The notes beneath the pieces are model-generated. The model did no database searches and was not told the DNA's origin. It worked only from the letters and a program-made list of their open reading frames with translations. A DNA stretch of 64,000 nt from a virus, in IMG/VR virus record IMGVR_UViG_3300037488_003551, positions 108,893-172,892 of that record; one strand, 5' to 3'. A program made the position numbers and the translations under genes. Below are positions 40,065 through 49,050 of this stretch, one piece after another (the first letter of the stretch is position 1; every line of letters starts with the position of its first letter).

Positions 40065-40156
40065 CCTTCACAGATATGTCCGAGGACATGTTCTCCGTGT
40101 TTCAATTCGATTGAGGTTACGGATTTGGGCTTAAAACAATTTGGGATGCTACACAT
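39968..40156 (-). CDS. Small Zn-finger-like protein
   Basis: CSIPNC...CEGC; coupled to the ruvC stop. Confidence 0.5.
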   Translation of the reverse strand: MCSIPNCFKPKSVTSIELKHGEHVLGHICEGCYEGMQGIQIFLKKQPAGFDLEQIDFLEKVL

Positions 40157-40682
40157 CTTCGATCTCCAGTTGTTTGAGTTTAAAAAGGACTTCGAGTTGG
40201 GGGCGGTTTAAACCTTTAGGGTATACTGCTCCACGGGCGATTTCAGCCATCCATAGGGCGTCCGCCTCGTCGTCATCTTTAGCGGTTCCTGACCAATGAT
40301 GCCAGCGTTTTCGTGCTGTTTCGATCATGTGTGCTTTATCCGCCAAACCGTTTCCCGTGGCAAACTTTTTGACAGCTGTCGGCGCTACGAGAAGAGTGGG
40401 AATGGAGTGGTCGAAACAGACGAGTAGGAATAGACCTCGTATTTGTCCTAGTAAATCGGCCTTCATCGGTTTTTCGTAGGCAGGCGCTTCGATAACAGCA
40501 AACCGCAGACGGCCGATATACGGGTCGAGAAAATGTCCGATATGGTCACGGATGAAAGCGAGGCGCTCTCCGCCACGAAGTTTCTTAGGTAGAATCTTTC
40601 CCGCGTACACGTACTGGCTATTCTCGCCGAGGAGGGCGTAGCCTGTACTGGTAGCGGATGGGTCGATTCCCAAGAAATACAT
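40149..40682 (-). CDS. ruvC: RuvC-like Holliday junction resolvase
   Basis: 'FLGIDPSATSTG', 'VIE', 'PTAVKKFATGNG.ADK' and 'DDEADA' motifs. Confidence 0.88.
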   Translation of the reverse strand: MYFLGIDPSATSTGYALLGENSQYVYAGKILPKKLRGGERLAFIRDHIGHFLDPYIGRLRFAVIEAPAYEKPMKADLLGQIRGLFLLVCFDHSIPTLLVAPTAVKKFATGNGLADKAHMIETARKRWHHWSGTAKDDDEADALWMAEIARGAVYPKGLNRPQLEVLFKLKQLEIEDV

Positions 40683-40716
40683 TGTAACCTCATACTAGGC
40701 CATCTATCATTCGAGC

Positions 40717-41370
40717 ATGGCCAAACTGAGTGTAACATACAGTCGCGAAGTTCTGGTAGACGGCTATTTTTTAAAAGTAGTCATCAACTCCGCTCCTGCC
40801 ACGGACCCTTCGGGAAAGCTCGAGGAATCTCTCGTCATCAACACGTCGGACGAGGACATGGCGCGCTTCGCGACGCTTGTGGACCTTGAAGACCTGACGG
40901 TTGGACCAGGCCTTTATTGGTTCCAGGCGGATTCGTATTCGGCTGGTACTCCCCAGATAGGGGATACGCTGGTCTTCACGACCATTCCAGGTTCATGGGT
41001 AGAACTCGGTTCTACTGCGCCCAAATCTTTTTTAATCGCCGCCGTCAATGGGACTCATTTTGCCTTGGAATCTACGACTGCATTTCCTTGTGGATTCACA
41101 GGGAATGTGACCTTCCATATTTTGGTAGGTGCGGGACCAACCGTTCGTGTAGCTTCTTCGACTCCGCGCGTCACTATTCGACGTTACAATCAGAACACTT
41201 CGGGGAATCCCTTGTACGTGCGCGTCGCGAGCGCGGCTGAGCTCTTTACTTCGATAGAGGACGCGACGAATAAGCAGGCAGCGCTGCAAGCGGAAGCCGC
41301 CTCGTTAATCGAAGCTACCGACTTGGAAGAAGAGTCCTTTACGGGGTCTATAACGGAGGTCTACGACTGA
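40717..41370 (+). CDS. Virion protein, paralogue 1
   Basis: Shares 'R.AT..DLE' and the C-terminal helix with the next two ORFs. Confidence 0.5.
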   Translation: MAKLSVTYSREVLVDGYFLKVVINSAPATDPSGKLEESLVINTSDEDMARFATLVDLEDLTVGPGLYWFQADSYSAGTPQIGDTLVFTTIPGSWVELGSTAPKSFLIAAVNGTHFALESTTAFPCGFTGNVTFHILVGAGPTVRVASSTPRVTIRRYNQNTSGNPLYVRVASAAELFTSIEDATNKQAALQAEAASLIEATDLEEESFTGSITEVYD

Positions 41371-41371
41371 C

Positions 41372-41746
41372 ATGGCTGTTACCATTACAGTAAAACAAAC
41401 ACAGTCTATCGAAGCGGGAAATCTTTTCCGTGTTTTAGACGAAGTGACGAGCTCTACGGATATTTCGGCCGAAGTCTTTGTTTTCACGACTGAGACTCAG
41501 GCTTTCTCCCACGTCGCGACTGTGTACGATATTGAGCATATCCTAGACACGACCTATGCGGATGCGGTCACGAGTGGCGCCGAATATTACCGACTCGACA
41601 CCGCCCAGAAGGACTACACAACTCAGGCGAAGGCCGAGGCGTTTGCCGCTTATACCTTGTCACGTATTAGAACTCTGGTCGGTGATTTCATTGAATACTC
41701 AGATGGTTTTGAAGGCGTGACCACCTACATCTACACAGGGGCTTAA
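41372..41746 (+). CDS. Virion protein, paralogue 2
   Basis: 'VFVF....FSHVATVYDIE...EYYR' motif. Confidence 0.5.
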   Translation: MAVTITVKQTQSIEAGNLFRVLDEVTSSTDISAEVFVFTTETQAFSHVATVYDIEHILDTTYADAVTSGAEYYRLDTAQKDYTTQAKAEAFAAYTLSRIRTLVGDFIEYSDGFEGVTTYIYTGA

Positions 41747-42760
41747 ATGACTGACACAACAGTGGTGATGACCAGTACGACGATTGCGCTCCCTAACGGG
41801 TCGAGCGTTTACCAGATAGATGCTGAGGTAACTGTTAAAGGAGATTTGCTTTATCCGAATATTTTCGTGTTTCAGATTTTGGACCCGCTGGATACGACGC
41901 GCGATACCTTCGTGCGGGTGGGTACGCCTTATGACCTTGAGAATATTCCGCTGACTCGCGTAGCTGCAATAGCTGCAAGTCAGGAATACTTTCTCTCCTC
42001 AACGTTGCAGCGCCGTTACTCTGATTTGAATACTGCCGTGCAGGCAAAGGACGCGGTGCGGTCGCGCATAGATAATTGCGTGCAGGCCTGGCAAACATAT
42101 TCGACCGACTTCTCAGGAACAGATACCAACTACCATCCAACAGCAGAAGCGACGTACGAGCAGCAGCTCAAAGACGATTATGTAGACGCGCGAGATGCAC
42201 GCGTTGCGGCGGATGAAGTGGTAGCAGCTGCCGATATTGCATTAGTTTTGGCGCAGGATGCCGTTGACGACGCGGTTGCGGTCAGCACGATCTATCGGAA
42301 TGACTTAACTTTTACGGAGCAATCCTACGTTATTTATTGGGCACACTATTACGCAGCTGAAAATGCTTTTGCAGTTAATATGGCTGCGCGCTTTGCGGCT
42401 TTTAAAATACAGTACACTTCGCTATCGGGGAATCCTTATAAATCGTCAAGCGGATACGGCGATTCGTACGATACGTGGCTAGGGCAGCTACAGATTATGG
42501 AAGTCGCGCTTACAGACCGAACAAATGTTGCCGGTGATGGCGCGGCGCTAGAAAGTGCTTTTGGAAACTTCCATGCTTCCATAGGTGGACTTTATACGAC
42601 CCAACAAGGCGTCATCGCCACCGCCAATGTCACCGTGGCAACTGCGGTCACGACAAAAAAAGAGGCCGAAGCCTCTTTGGCGTCGGCGCAGCTGGCGGAG
42701 GATGCAGCCCTTGCTGCTGTCCTCGCCGTCTGCCCCGACTTCGATCTTGCTTCAGTCTGA
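41747..42760 (+). CDS. Virion protein, paralogue 3 with coiled-coil tail
   Basis: 'IFVF...FVRVGTPYDLE...EYF' motif plus an Ala-rich coiled coil. Confidence 0.5.
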   Translation: MTDTTVVMTSTTIALPNGSSVYQIDAEVTVKGDLLYPNIFVFQILDPLDTTRDTFVRVGTPYDLENIPLTRVAAIAASQEYFLSSTLQRRYSDLNTAVQAKDAVRSRIDNCVQAWQTYSTDFSGTDTNYHPTAEATYEQQLKDDYVDARDARVAADEVVAAADIALVLAQDAVDDAVAVSTIYRNDLTFTEQSYVIYWAHYYAAENAFAVNMAARFAAFKIQYTSLSGNPYKSSSGYGDSYDTWLGQLQIMEVALTDRTNVAGDGAALESAFGNFHASIGGLYTTQQGVIATANVTVATAVTTKKEAEASLASAQLAEDAALAAVLAVCPDFDLASV

Positions 42761-44176
42761 TTCACGATTCAGTAAATGCATGGGGATATGCTGTCTTCCG
42801 TAATAACGGAATCCATCGAAGATATCGTTGATGTCCAGGGGCCAGTAGAGTTCGCCTCTTTCGCTGCTGTCGCTGTACACAACTCTAACGCTGTCATACC
42901 GGGGTTGGGTATAACGTGTGCTATAAGAGGTACTATGCCAACCAGAATTGCGTGTGGGGGAATAGTTATATTGGCAGGTCATTTCGTAGAGAGCGAGGGT
43001 CGTATCCGATATGGGCGCACAATCTTCGGGCTGTAATAGATTTTTGTCTTTGTCGTGTTTTTGTAGATATTCCGCGGCATCCAAGAATGTTTTGAAGTAT
43101 CGCATTGTCATTCGTGGTCTTGTTTTAAATCTGATGTTGATTCGAGTACTTTCAGCGCATAAATCCACCGACATGATGAGTTTATACCTGTTAGACCTCC
43201 ATGGAAGGTCTCCTACGTTTTTGAGCACGTAGGCCATAGATTCTTTTGGAAAATCTTTATAGCGATTAGCGTAAGCGGCTATTAATTGTTCGCTCGTTAC
43301 GTTCGTGGCTGAGTTACAATGAGCTACATATCTTTTGGACCTATAAGAATTGAATGAATCGCAGGATTTCTTAAGCGAGCAGGATACGCAGACCTGTTTT
43401 ATTAGGCGTTGGCATTCTGCTTTTGTTTTTGCGGCTCGCGATTGTCGGTCACGGAGGTCGTCTATCTCTGCGAAGTCGTGCGCGGATATGTCTCGAATAT
43501 AGGGCTGGAAGGCGGCGCGGCGCTCTGTGCGAGTCCCCCATTTGGTTCGTGTAATTGTATCAGTCTTCGTATAGATAGGAGATACCCATTTGTGTTCACC
43601 TATTGGCGGATGCTTAGCCTTTTCTAGAATCTCGCGCAAGTCATCCGCATCAATATCGCTTAAATCGTCAGGACTTTCTTGTGCTGCTTTTATTGGGCAG
43701 GGTTCTCCGGGTGTATCCGCGTTATGTGTTCGGATGCACTCTTCACACCCTCCGGAGATACGCCAAGGCCGAGTACAGAGTCGGTAGAATTCGTAGAGGC
43801 GGGCAGCGTGTATAGTTCCGTCGGCGTTTATTAGAGCGATGGGTTCATCTAACTTCTGGTCTTTTAAAAGATTTAGCACCATATCAAAACTGGGGACTGC
43901 CACGCATTCTTCTGAGACCGCGTCCGCACGACTAAGTACGAAAGGAATTTCGAGTTTAAGCGCAGCTAATTCTGCTGCACGTCGTCCGAGTTCTTCTATA
44001 GTTTGTGCGGAGGAATTAAAGAGCAGGGCGGGATATGGATTGCGAACACTTCCAGCAGTAGCCAGTGTGTAGTACTTATCCTCCGCTGAGAACACCACAT
44101 CCAGAGGTTTTTTCAATAGCTCCGTGGAGCTCGGCGTATAGGGTTTCACCTTTTCTAGGATCGACATGTCGAACAT
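42752..44176 (-). CDS. Cys-rich hypothetical protein downstream of the RT (candidate retron partner; start uncertain)
   Basis: Long ORF overlapping the RT 3' end; Cys clusters 'C...CEEC...C' and 'CVSC....SC...HC'. Confidence 0.65.
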   Translation of the reverse strand: MFDMSILEKVKPYTPSSTELLKKPLDVVFSAEDKYYTLATAGSVRNPYPALLFNSSAQTIEELGRRAAELAALKLEIPFVLSRADAVSEECVAVPSFDMVLNLLKDQKLDEPIALINADGTIHAARLYEFYRLCTRPWRISGGCEECIRTHNADTPGEPCPIKAAQESPDDLSDIDADDLREILEKAKHPPIGEHKWVSPIYTKTDTITRTKWGTRTERRAAFQPYIRDISAHDFAEIDDLRDRQSRAAKTKAECQRLIKQVCVSCSLKKSCDSFNSYRSKRYVAHCNSATNVTSEQLIAAYANRYKDFPKESMAYVLKNVGDLPWRSNRYKLIMSVDLCAESTRINIRFKTRPRMTMRYFKTFLDAAEYLQKHDKDKNLLQPEDCAPISDTTLALYEMTCQYNYSPTRNSGWHSTSYSTRYTQPRYDSVRVVYSDSSERGELYWPLDINDIFDGFRYYGRQHIPMHLLNRESD

Positions 44177-45218
44177 ACGCTACTTTTCCTCTCAGCCAGT
44201 GCAGTAACTGCTCTGGGTTATCAAAACCAGCACGCTGGTATTGGGTTTCAAAGCCATCAATGAGACAATTGTGCACGATGGCTCGTAGGCGTAGGTACTC
44301 GGCTCGATTTATTGTTATATGGCCATTAAAGTTCAGACCGAGGAGGTCTTTATTTCTATTAGATGATCGGATATGCACTTTATTATAATTAACGCGGTAT
44401 CCAGTTTCTTCGATAACTTCAATAAGCTTTTTAACAATTTGAATCTTCTCGTCGAAGGCAAAATCCCGACCACATGTAAACGATAGGTCGTCCGCATAAC
44501 GGGAATACACCCAAGCATAGGCACCGCTTAAGTTAAATTTCTCGTTCAATTTCTCTAAGTACTTACAGATGGGTTGGTCCAGGCGGTAATACGCCACTAG
44601 ATTGCAGACAGCGCCGGAGGTAGGAGCTCCCTGGGGGACACCATTACGCGTGCCCTCGGGGTAGTTTTTAGTGGGGCAGGGGATACCTTTTACGGTGACG
44701 ATATCGCGAATAGGTCCAGCGACTTCATTGGGGAAGCCCAGATTCTTTTCGAGCATCTCGCCTACCCAGAATCGCCGTGTTCGATTGAAGAAGTCCATCA
44801 GGTCCATCTGGATGTACGCCCCCTTTCGAGGGCACTTGTGTTTGGGCGGGGTGAACTCAGTCGAGTCGCAGATGGGGCAGGGAGCTATATGTCGTGCGAC
44901 CGCCATGGAGATATTTTGTCCTGGGCGGTATGCGGTTACATACACGGGCATGTGCTCTTGTAGCTGATTTAAAAACCCTGTGTTGAGACGTTTCTGTAAA
45001 AACTTCATACAAGCGTTTGGTGCATGTATGAGCCGAAATTTTCCGGATTTCTTTTTGATTCGTATTAGTCGATACTTTTGTTCGCTTCCTACAACGACGC
45101 CATACCATAGCGTCTTGGCTCTCACTCCGATGTGGTTGGCTAGGCTGATATCGTCGAAAGGTAACTTCGACATTGGCCCATTTGTGGATATTACGAATAT
45201 CTTAGAGTCTTCTTTCAA
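44076..45218 (-). CDS. Retron-type reverse transcriptase
   Basis: 'IKKKSGKFRLIHAP...KFLQ', 'AYRPG', 'MDLMDFF', 'VPQGAPTSG..CN', 'YSRYADDLSF', 'GYRVN..K' and a retron-like thumb 'LRAIVHN...LRGKVAYVRHVDP'. Confidence 0.88.
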   Translation of the reverse strand: MKEDSKIFVISTNGPMSKLPFDDISLANHIGVRAKTLWYGVVVGSEQKYRLIRIKKKSGKFRLIHAPNACMKFLQKRLNTGFLNQLQEHMPVYVTAYRPGQNISMAVARHIAPCPICDSTEFTPPKHKCPRKGAYIQMDLMDFFNRTRRFWVGEMLEKNLGFPNEVAGPIRDIVTVKGIPCPTKNYPEGTRNGVPQGAPTSGAVCNLVAYYRLDQPICKYLEKLNEKFNLSGAYAWVYSRYADDLSFTCGRDFAFDEKIQIVKKLIEVIEETGYRVNYNKVHIRSSNRNKDLLGLNFNGHITINRAEYLRLRAIVHNCLIDGFETQYQRAGFDNPEQLLHWLRGKVAYVRHVDPRKGETLYAELHGAIEKTSGCGVLSGG

Positions 45219-45702
45219 TACCCCTCCAGAAGTGGTTCAGGCAGGAGTTTGTCCCGGGAGTGCAATCCCCTACGATGAAGTGGTGTGAGCGTGCACAGTA
45301 AGTGCACGGAGGTTCGAAGATACCGTTTTCAAGGAAATAGAATTTCCCTAGTCCGTGCCCGAGGGTCACGCTCTTTGCTTTAACCGATTTACGTGAGTAC
45401 TGGTAAGCATATTTCTTTTCTTTTGTAATGTAAGTGGGGACCATAATACACGCGTTGCCGTGGAGTAAGAGGTCACAATATTCTTCAATTTCTTTGGTGC
45501 CCTCTTTCTTCACGATTATAGAAAGATTCTTAGACGGAAAAATTACCCATGCCGTCTTGAATAGATTTGCCAGTTCTGTAAACACCGTGGACGTTACGAT
45601 GTAGTAAACATTCCATGGTATCCGATTGGGTTCCAGAGTCGAGACTCGGTGCGTGGTGTAGCGGTCAGGGCGTTTGACTCTGATAACAGTTACGTCAGTC
45701 AT
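45202..45702 (-). CDS. Hypothetical protein with C-terminal Cys/His cluster, upstream of the RT
   Basis: 'CTYCARSHH...C......C'; overlaps the vWA stop and the RT start. Confidence 0.6.
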   Translation of the reverse strand: MTDVTVIRVKRPDRYTTHRVSTLEPNRIPWNVYYIVTSTVFTELANLFKTAWVIFPSKNLSIIVKKEGTKEIEEYCDLLLHGNACIMVPTYITKEKKYAYQYSRKSVKAKSVTLGHGLGKFYFLENGIFEPPCTYCARSHHFIVGDCTPGTNSCLNHFWRGIERRL

Positions 45703-47182
45703 CGATACTCACCACGATATCTTGCATGGCGGGGTCTGCTTTTCCTTCTTTACAGATAACCCAAATGACGGGGCAGGCGGGTTTTAGGCGAGGTAAGGGG
45801 CCTCCGTCTTTACTGGCTACGGGAGCAAATCCGTCGGTGAATATGACCATGAGGTCTGTCCGGGCAAGTGGCTTCGTGGGTTTTTCCCTAGTCCAATCGG
45901 AGTTGGTGTCTGTTCCTAAGACACGCCTAAATGGAGCGCAGAAGTCCGTGCCACCGTAACCGTGGCGCTGACGTAAGGACCTAATAATTTCTTCGATTTC
46001 TGCATCCGTCGTGGTTCGGGTAAAGGTCTCTTCGTATTGGATACCATGGTCGAAGTGGATGACTTGGAGCTCAATTCCTTGGAACTGGCGTAGGATGGCG
46101 ACTTGTTCGCTTACGAATGTGCGATACGCATCGTTGTTTACCGAGCCGCTGGTGTCGGTACAGCTCGTAATTCGGAATGTGAAGTCGTGCGTATATCCTG
46201 GGAAAGGTTCGATGCCATCTTCTATTACCGGGTATAATGCGATGTTGGGTTGCGCTGTTGTATGCACGAGTTTGTTGCTGATAATGCTCTTTATGTGATT
46301 TCGAAGGACGACTGGCCAGGGAACTTTTGGTTCCGTTAATAGCTCTTCGATTACGTTCTTCATGCAGCCTGGGACGGTTCCGCGGCAGCGATTAGTTTGC
46401 TCTACGGCAGAACGAACGGCGCTGGTTGCGCTGCGCTGTAGGTCATTGGCAAGACGCTCGAGCTCACCACCGGACATATTTCGAAGGCGGCTGAGAGCTT
46501 CTCGTATCTGTTCTTCCATTGAGTTGGGTTTTTCACTCTGTTCGTCTTTGCTAGATTTCCCGTCGTTGTCAGCGTCCCCTTCGCCTTCTTCGTCGTTTGG
46601 CTCACCAAAGAAGTTGGCGTTTATCTCCATGCCTTTATCTTTGATTGCTTTTTGAATCTCATTGGACTTGTCTTCATCCTTCATAAGCAATAGAAAGTAT
46701 TCTTCCATGCTGAGGTTACGGGGAAGTTCGAACTTCTCAGGGAATGGACGCTCGTCATAAACAATCTGAAAGGCTTCAACTTTTTTGCCAACGGTTAATG
46801 GTCGTACTGCCAAATCGTTTACGGTCAGGTCGGCCGCCAGGTTGAGTGTCTTCCATATTGTTTGGAGCTTGGAATCCGAGGACATACTTTGCTGACCCCC
46901 AACCATGCGAATCATGCGCTCGTAGTGTCGGAACCCTAGGTGTGCTGCTTCGTGTATCAGACCTGCGAGTTGCGAGGGGATTACGCGCTTATTGTATTTT
47001 TCAAGGTCGATACTTAAGCAGAATCTTCCGTGTTTATCCACACGTACAGCCAGAGCATAAGGCATGGTTGTATATTCTCTGCGACAGCTATTAAGGATGC
47101 GCCCAAAGAAATTATTATCTCCCCGGGTGCTGCAGAGCCAATAGAAAGCATTCTGTAAGGGGGTGCGGTCTAGGGGTGCCAT
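45695..47182 (-). CDS. HExxH metallopeptidase-like + vWA domain protein (DUF2201-like)
   Basis: 'LIHEAAHL', 'NLAADLTVN', acidic linker, MIDAS 'DTSGS', 'GGTDF' and 'IFTDG'. Confidence 0.85.
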   Translation of the reverse strand: MAPLDRTPLQNAFYWLCSTRGDNNFFGRILNSCRREYTTMPYALAVRVDKHGRFCLSIDLEKYNKRVIPSQLAGLIHEAAHLGFRHYERMIRMVGGQQSMSSDSKLQTIWKTLNLAADLTVNDLAVRPLTVGKKVEAFQIVYDERPFPEKFELPRNLSMEEYFLLLMKDEDKSNEIQKAIKDKGMEINANFFGEPNDEEGEGDADNDGKSSKDEQSEKPNSMEEQIREALSRLRNMSGGELERLANDLQRSATSAVRSAVEQTNRCRGTVPGCMKNVIEELLTEPKVPWPVVLRNHIKSIISNKLVHTTAQPNIALYPVIEDGIEPFPGYTHDFTFRITSCTDTSGSVNNDAYRTFVSEQVAILRQFQGIELQVIHFDHGIQYEETFTRTTTDAEIEEIIRSLRQRHGYGGTDFCAPFRRVLGTDTNSDWTREKPTKPLARTDLMVIFTDGFAPVASKDGGPLPRLKPACPVIWVICKEGKADPAMQDIVVSIDD

Positions 47183-47248
47183 TCAAGTTCCTTTCATGTA
47201 GAATTGAGGTTGTTGTGCAAGTAACTCGCACAGTTGAAGAGGGAGACC

Positions 47249-48253
47249 ATGACCACTATCGACGTGACTAACGACCCCGCATTTTCACATCTCCGCGTTT
47301 TGACGGAGAAGTATCCTGGTTTGGTTGAGTTCGCAAAGTCTGCCGAGCTCGCCCCGGAGGAGTTTAATAATCTCCCCGATGGCGCTTTTGCCTGGCCAGA
47401 AAAGCGGGCATTTCCTACTCATACCAAGGAACACGCTGCGATTTCACAGGCCTATGCGAAGAGCGCCGCGGTACTGCCCGTACACGTGCGCGAGAATATC
47501 AAAATGGCGTGTGAAGCGCATTCGATTCCCGAAGAACTTTTTATCCCGGTACAAACTAAGACGGCGAGTGAGGTTCACTGGCTTCTTCCCGAGCAACAGC
47601 GCTTCCGTGTGGCTTCTTCGGAGGATGTCGAATTCGCTATCGACGCGCTAGAGAAGCGTGCGCACGACCTTACGGAGAATCAGCGAGCCGAGGCGTACTT
47701 GAATTTGGTGAAGGCGGCTGAGACGTTCGGGGTGAAGACGAGCGCGTCACTTCAGAAGTTCGCGGGGAATACCCTGACGGATACTGAAGTTTTGGCGGAT
47801 TGGTTGGATGCTCGAGCTGAAGCGGCAGAGATGGTCGGAAATAAGATTGCGTCAGTGGAGTTCAAGAACCTAGGGCAATCGTACCGGCATGTCAACTCTT
47901 TTCTTGCGTCGAGGGACGACCAAGTGAAGCTGGCTCAGGCCATCGCCGAGCTCGACAAACTCGCCGGCATCGAAAAGTACGTTGGTAGGAGCATCCCCAA
48001 CCCCATCTTGACGGTGTGGAACACCAACAAGGTCGCGTCGCAGCAGCTCGAGCTCAACGGGATGTACTTCGACAAGAACATGTTGGCCTCTCTGCCGGTC
48101 TCTTTCTGGAAGGACGCCCTGGGGGATGACTTCGTGGCGGAGTTCGCGCCCGGGGGGATGGTGGACCCGGAACAGCTCGAGGCCGTGCTGCAGACCTTGC
48201 CGGCCGATATGAAGGCCACCCTGGTCACGCAACTCGCCCCGTACTCAAAGTAG
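47249..48253 (+). CDS. Probable head/internal virion protein rich in K-x-A motifs
   Basis: GAGGGAG RBS; 13 of 21 Lys are in K-x-A; near the terminase. Confidence 0.55.
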   Translation: MTTIDVTNDPAFSHLRVLTEKYPGLVEFAKSAELAPEEFNNLPDGAFAWPEKRAFPTHTKEHAAISQAYAKSAAVLPVHVRENIKMACEAHSIPEELFIPVQTKTASEVHWLLPEQQRFRVASSEDVEFAIDALEKRAHDLTENQRAEAYLNLVKAAETFGVKTSASLQKFAGNTLTDTEVLADWLDARAEAAEMVGNKIASVEFKNLGQSYRHVNSFLASRDDQVKLAQAIAELDKLAGIEKYVGRSIPNPILTVWNTNKVASQQLELNGMYFDKNMLASLPVSFWKDALGDDFVAEFAPGGMVDPEQLEAVLQTLPADMKATLVTQLAPYSK

Positions 48254-48263
48254 GCTGCGCGCT

Positions 48264-49043
48264 ATGGCCACAGAACTGCACGCGGGTTTCAAGACGCTCT
48301 GGGGATTGGTGCCAGGCATCAACCAGGGCCTCATGATGAAGACGGCTTCGGAGCGGGCGCACAATGGCGCGCTGAAGGTACTCAAGGACCCCCAGATGAA
48401 CACGGCTGCGGGGCTATACCTCGCAGCGCGGACCGTCTACGGGGAAGACATCCTGAAGTGGGAGCCCGAGACGCTGTGGTTGACCATGGACCAGGACGGG
48501 GTGAATCTCCCCGACGAGGAGCGGAACAAACTCCTCGCTGCTATCGCTCTGATTGTCCATCCAGCTTTCTATTGGGATAACTTGGTCTTCCAGCGCACCG
48601 TTCAAGCTTTCAATGGGGAACTTTTTGACCCGGAGACGCTGCAGGAGTGCGCCGCGGCGCATATGGCGTGGGCTGTGTACGAGGCGGGAGTGATTCGAGG
48701 TCTGGATAACGACCAAGCCATCATCCCGGAGTTTGATGAGGACGTGCAGCAGTACATCGCGGTTTGCCTTTTACGAGAGGGCTACGTTCTCCCTCCTGAG
48801 CCTCTCAATGAGTTCATGTCGGATAATCTTGAGGGGCTCTTTTCAAAGAACTCCTATTCGGCCACATTAAAAAAAGAGGTCGCAAATAGCTGGGAAGCCT
48901 TGGACAAGGACGCTCTCGAAAGAACCGAGTTCTTCGAGAACGAGCTCGGCGTCCAGCTTGCCCAACTATCTGCGTGCTTCCTCTACGTAAAGAAATGGGC
49001 TGACCAGCTCGCCGAGGATTTATCGGCGGCTCGTCAGCCCTGA
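48264..49043 (+). CDS. Hypothetical protein (probable virion/morphogenesis)
   Basis: Co-oriented with the previous gene; one 'KTAS' near the N-terminus. Confidence 0.55.
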   Translation: MATELHAGFKTLWGLVPGINQGLMMKTASERAHNGALKVLKDPQMNTAAGLYLAARTVYGEDILKWEPETLWLTMDQDGVNLPDEERNKLLAAIALIVHPAFYWDNLVFQRTVQAFNGELFDPETLQECAAAHMAWAVYEAGVIRGLDNDQAIIPEFDEDVQQYIAVCLLREGYVLPPEPLNEFMSDNLEGLFSKNSYSATLKKEVANSWEALDKDALERTEFFENELGVQLAQLSACFLYVKKWADQLAEDLSAARQP

Positions 49044-49050
49044 TTTCCTA

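Noticed and set aside
44076-45218. RT as part of a diversity-generating retroelement or group II intron
   Set aside because: The motif is PQGAPTS rather than the DGR-type (I/L)GxxxSQ. I saw no TR/VR pair differing at adenines, and there is no maturase domain or flanking intron RNA.
42760-47250. ncRNA or tandem repeat array adjacent to the RT
   Set aside because: The flanks are fully occupied by overlapping ORFs. I found no repeats or a1/a2 inverted repeat by eye, though a highly degenerate one cannot be excluded without a self dot-plot.
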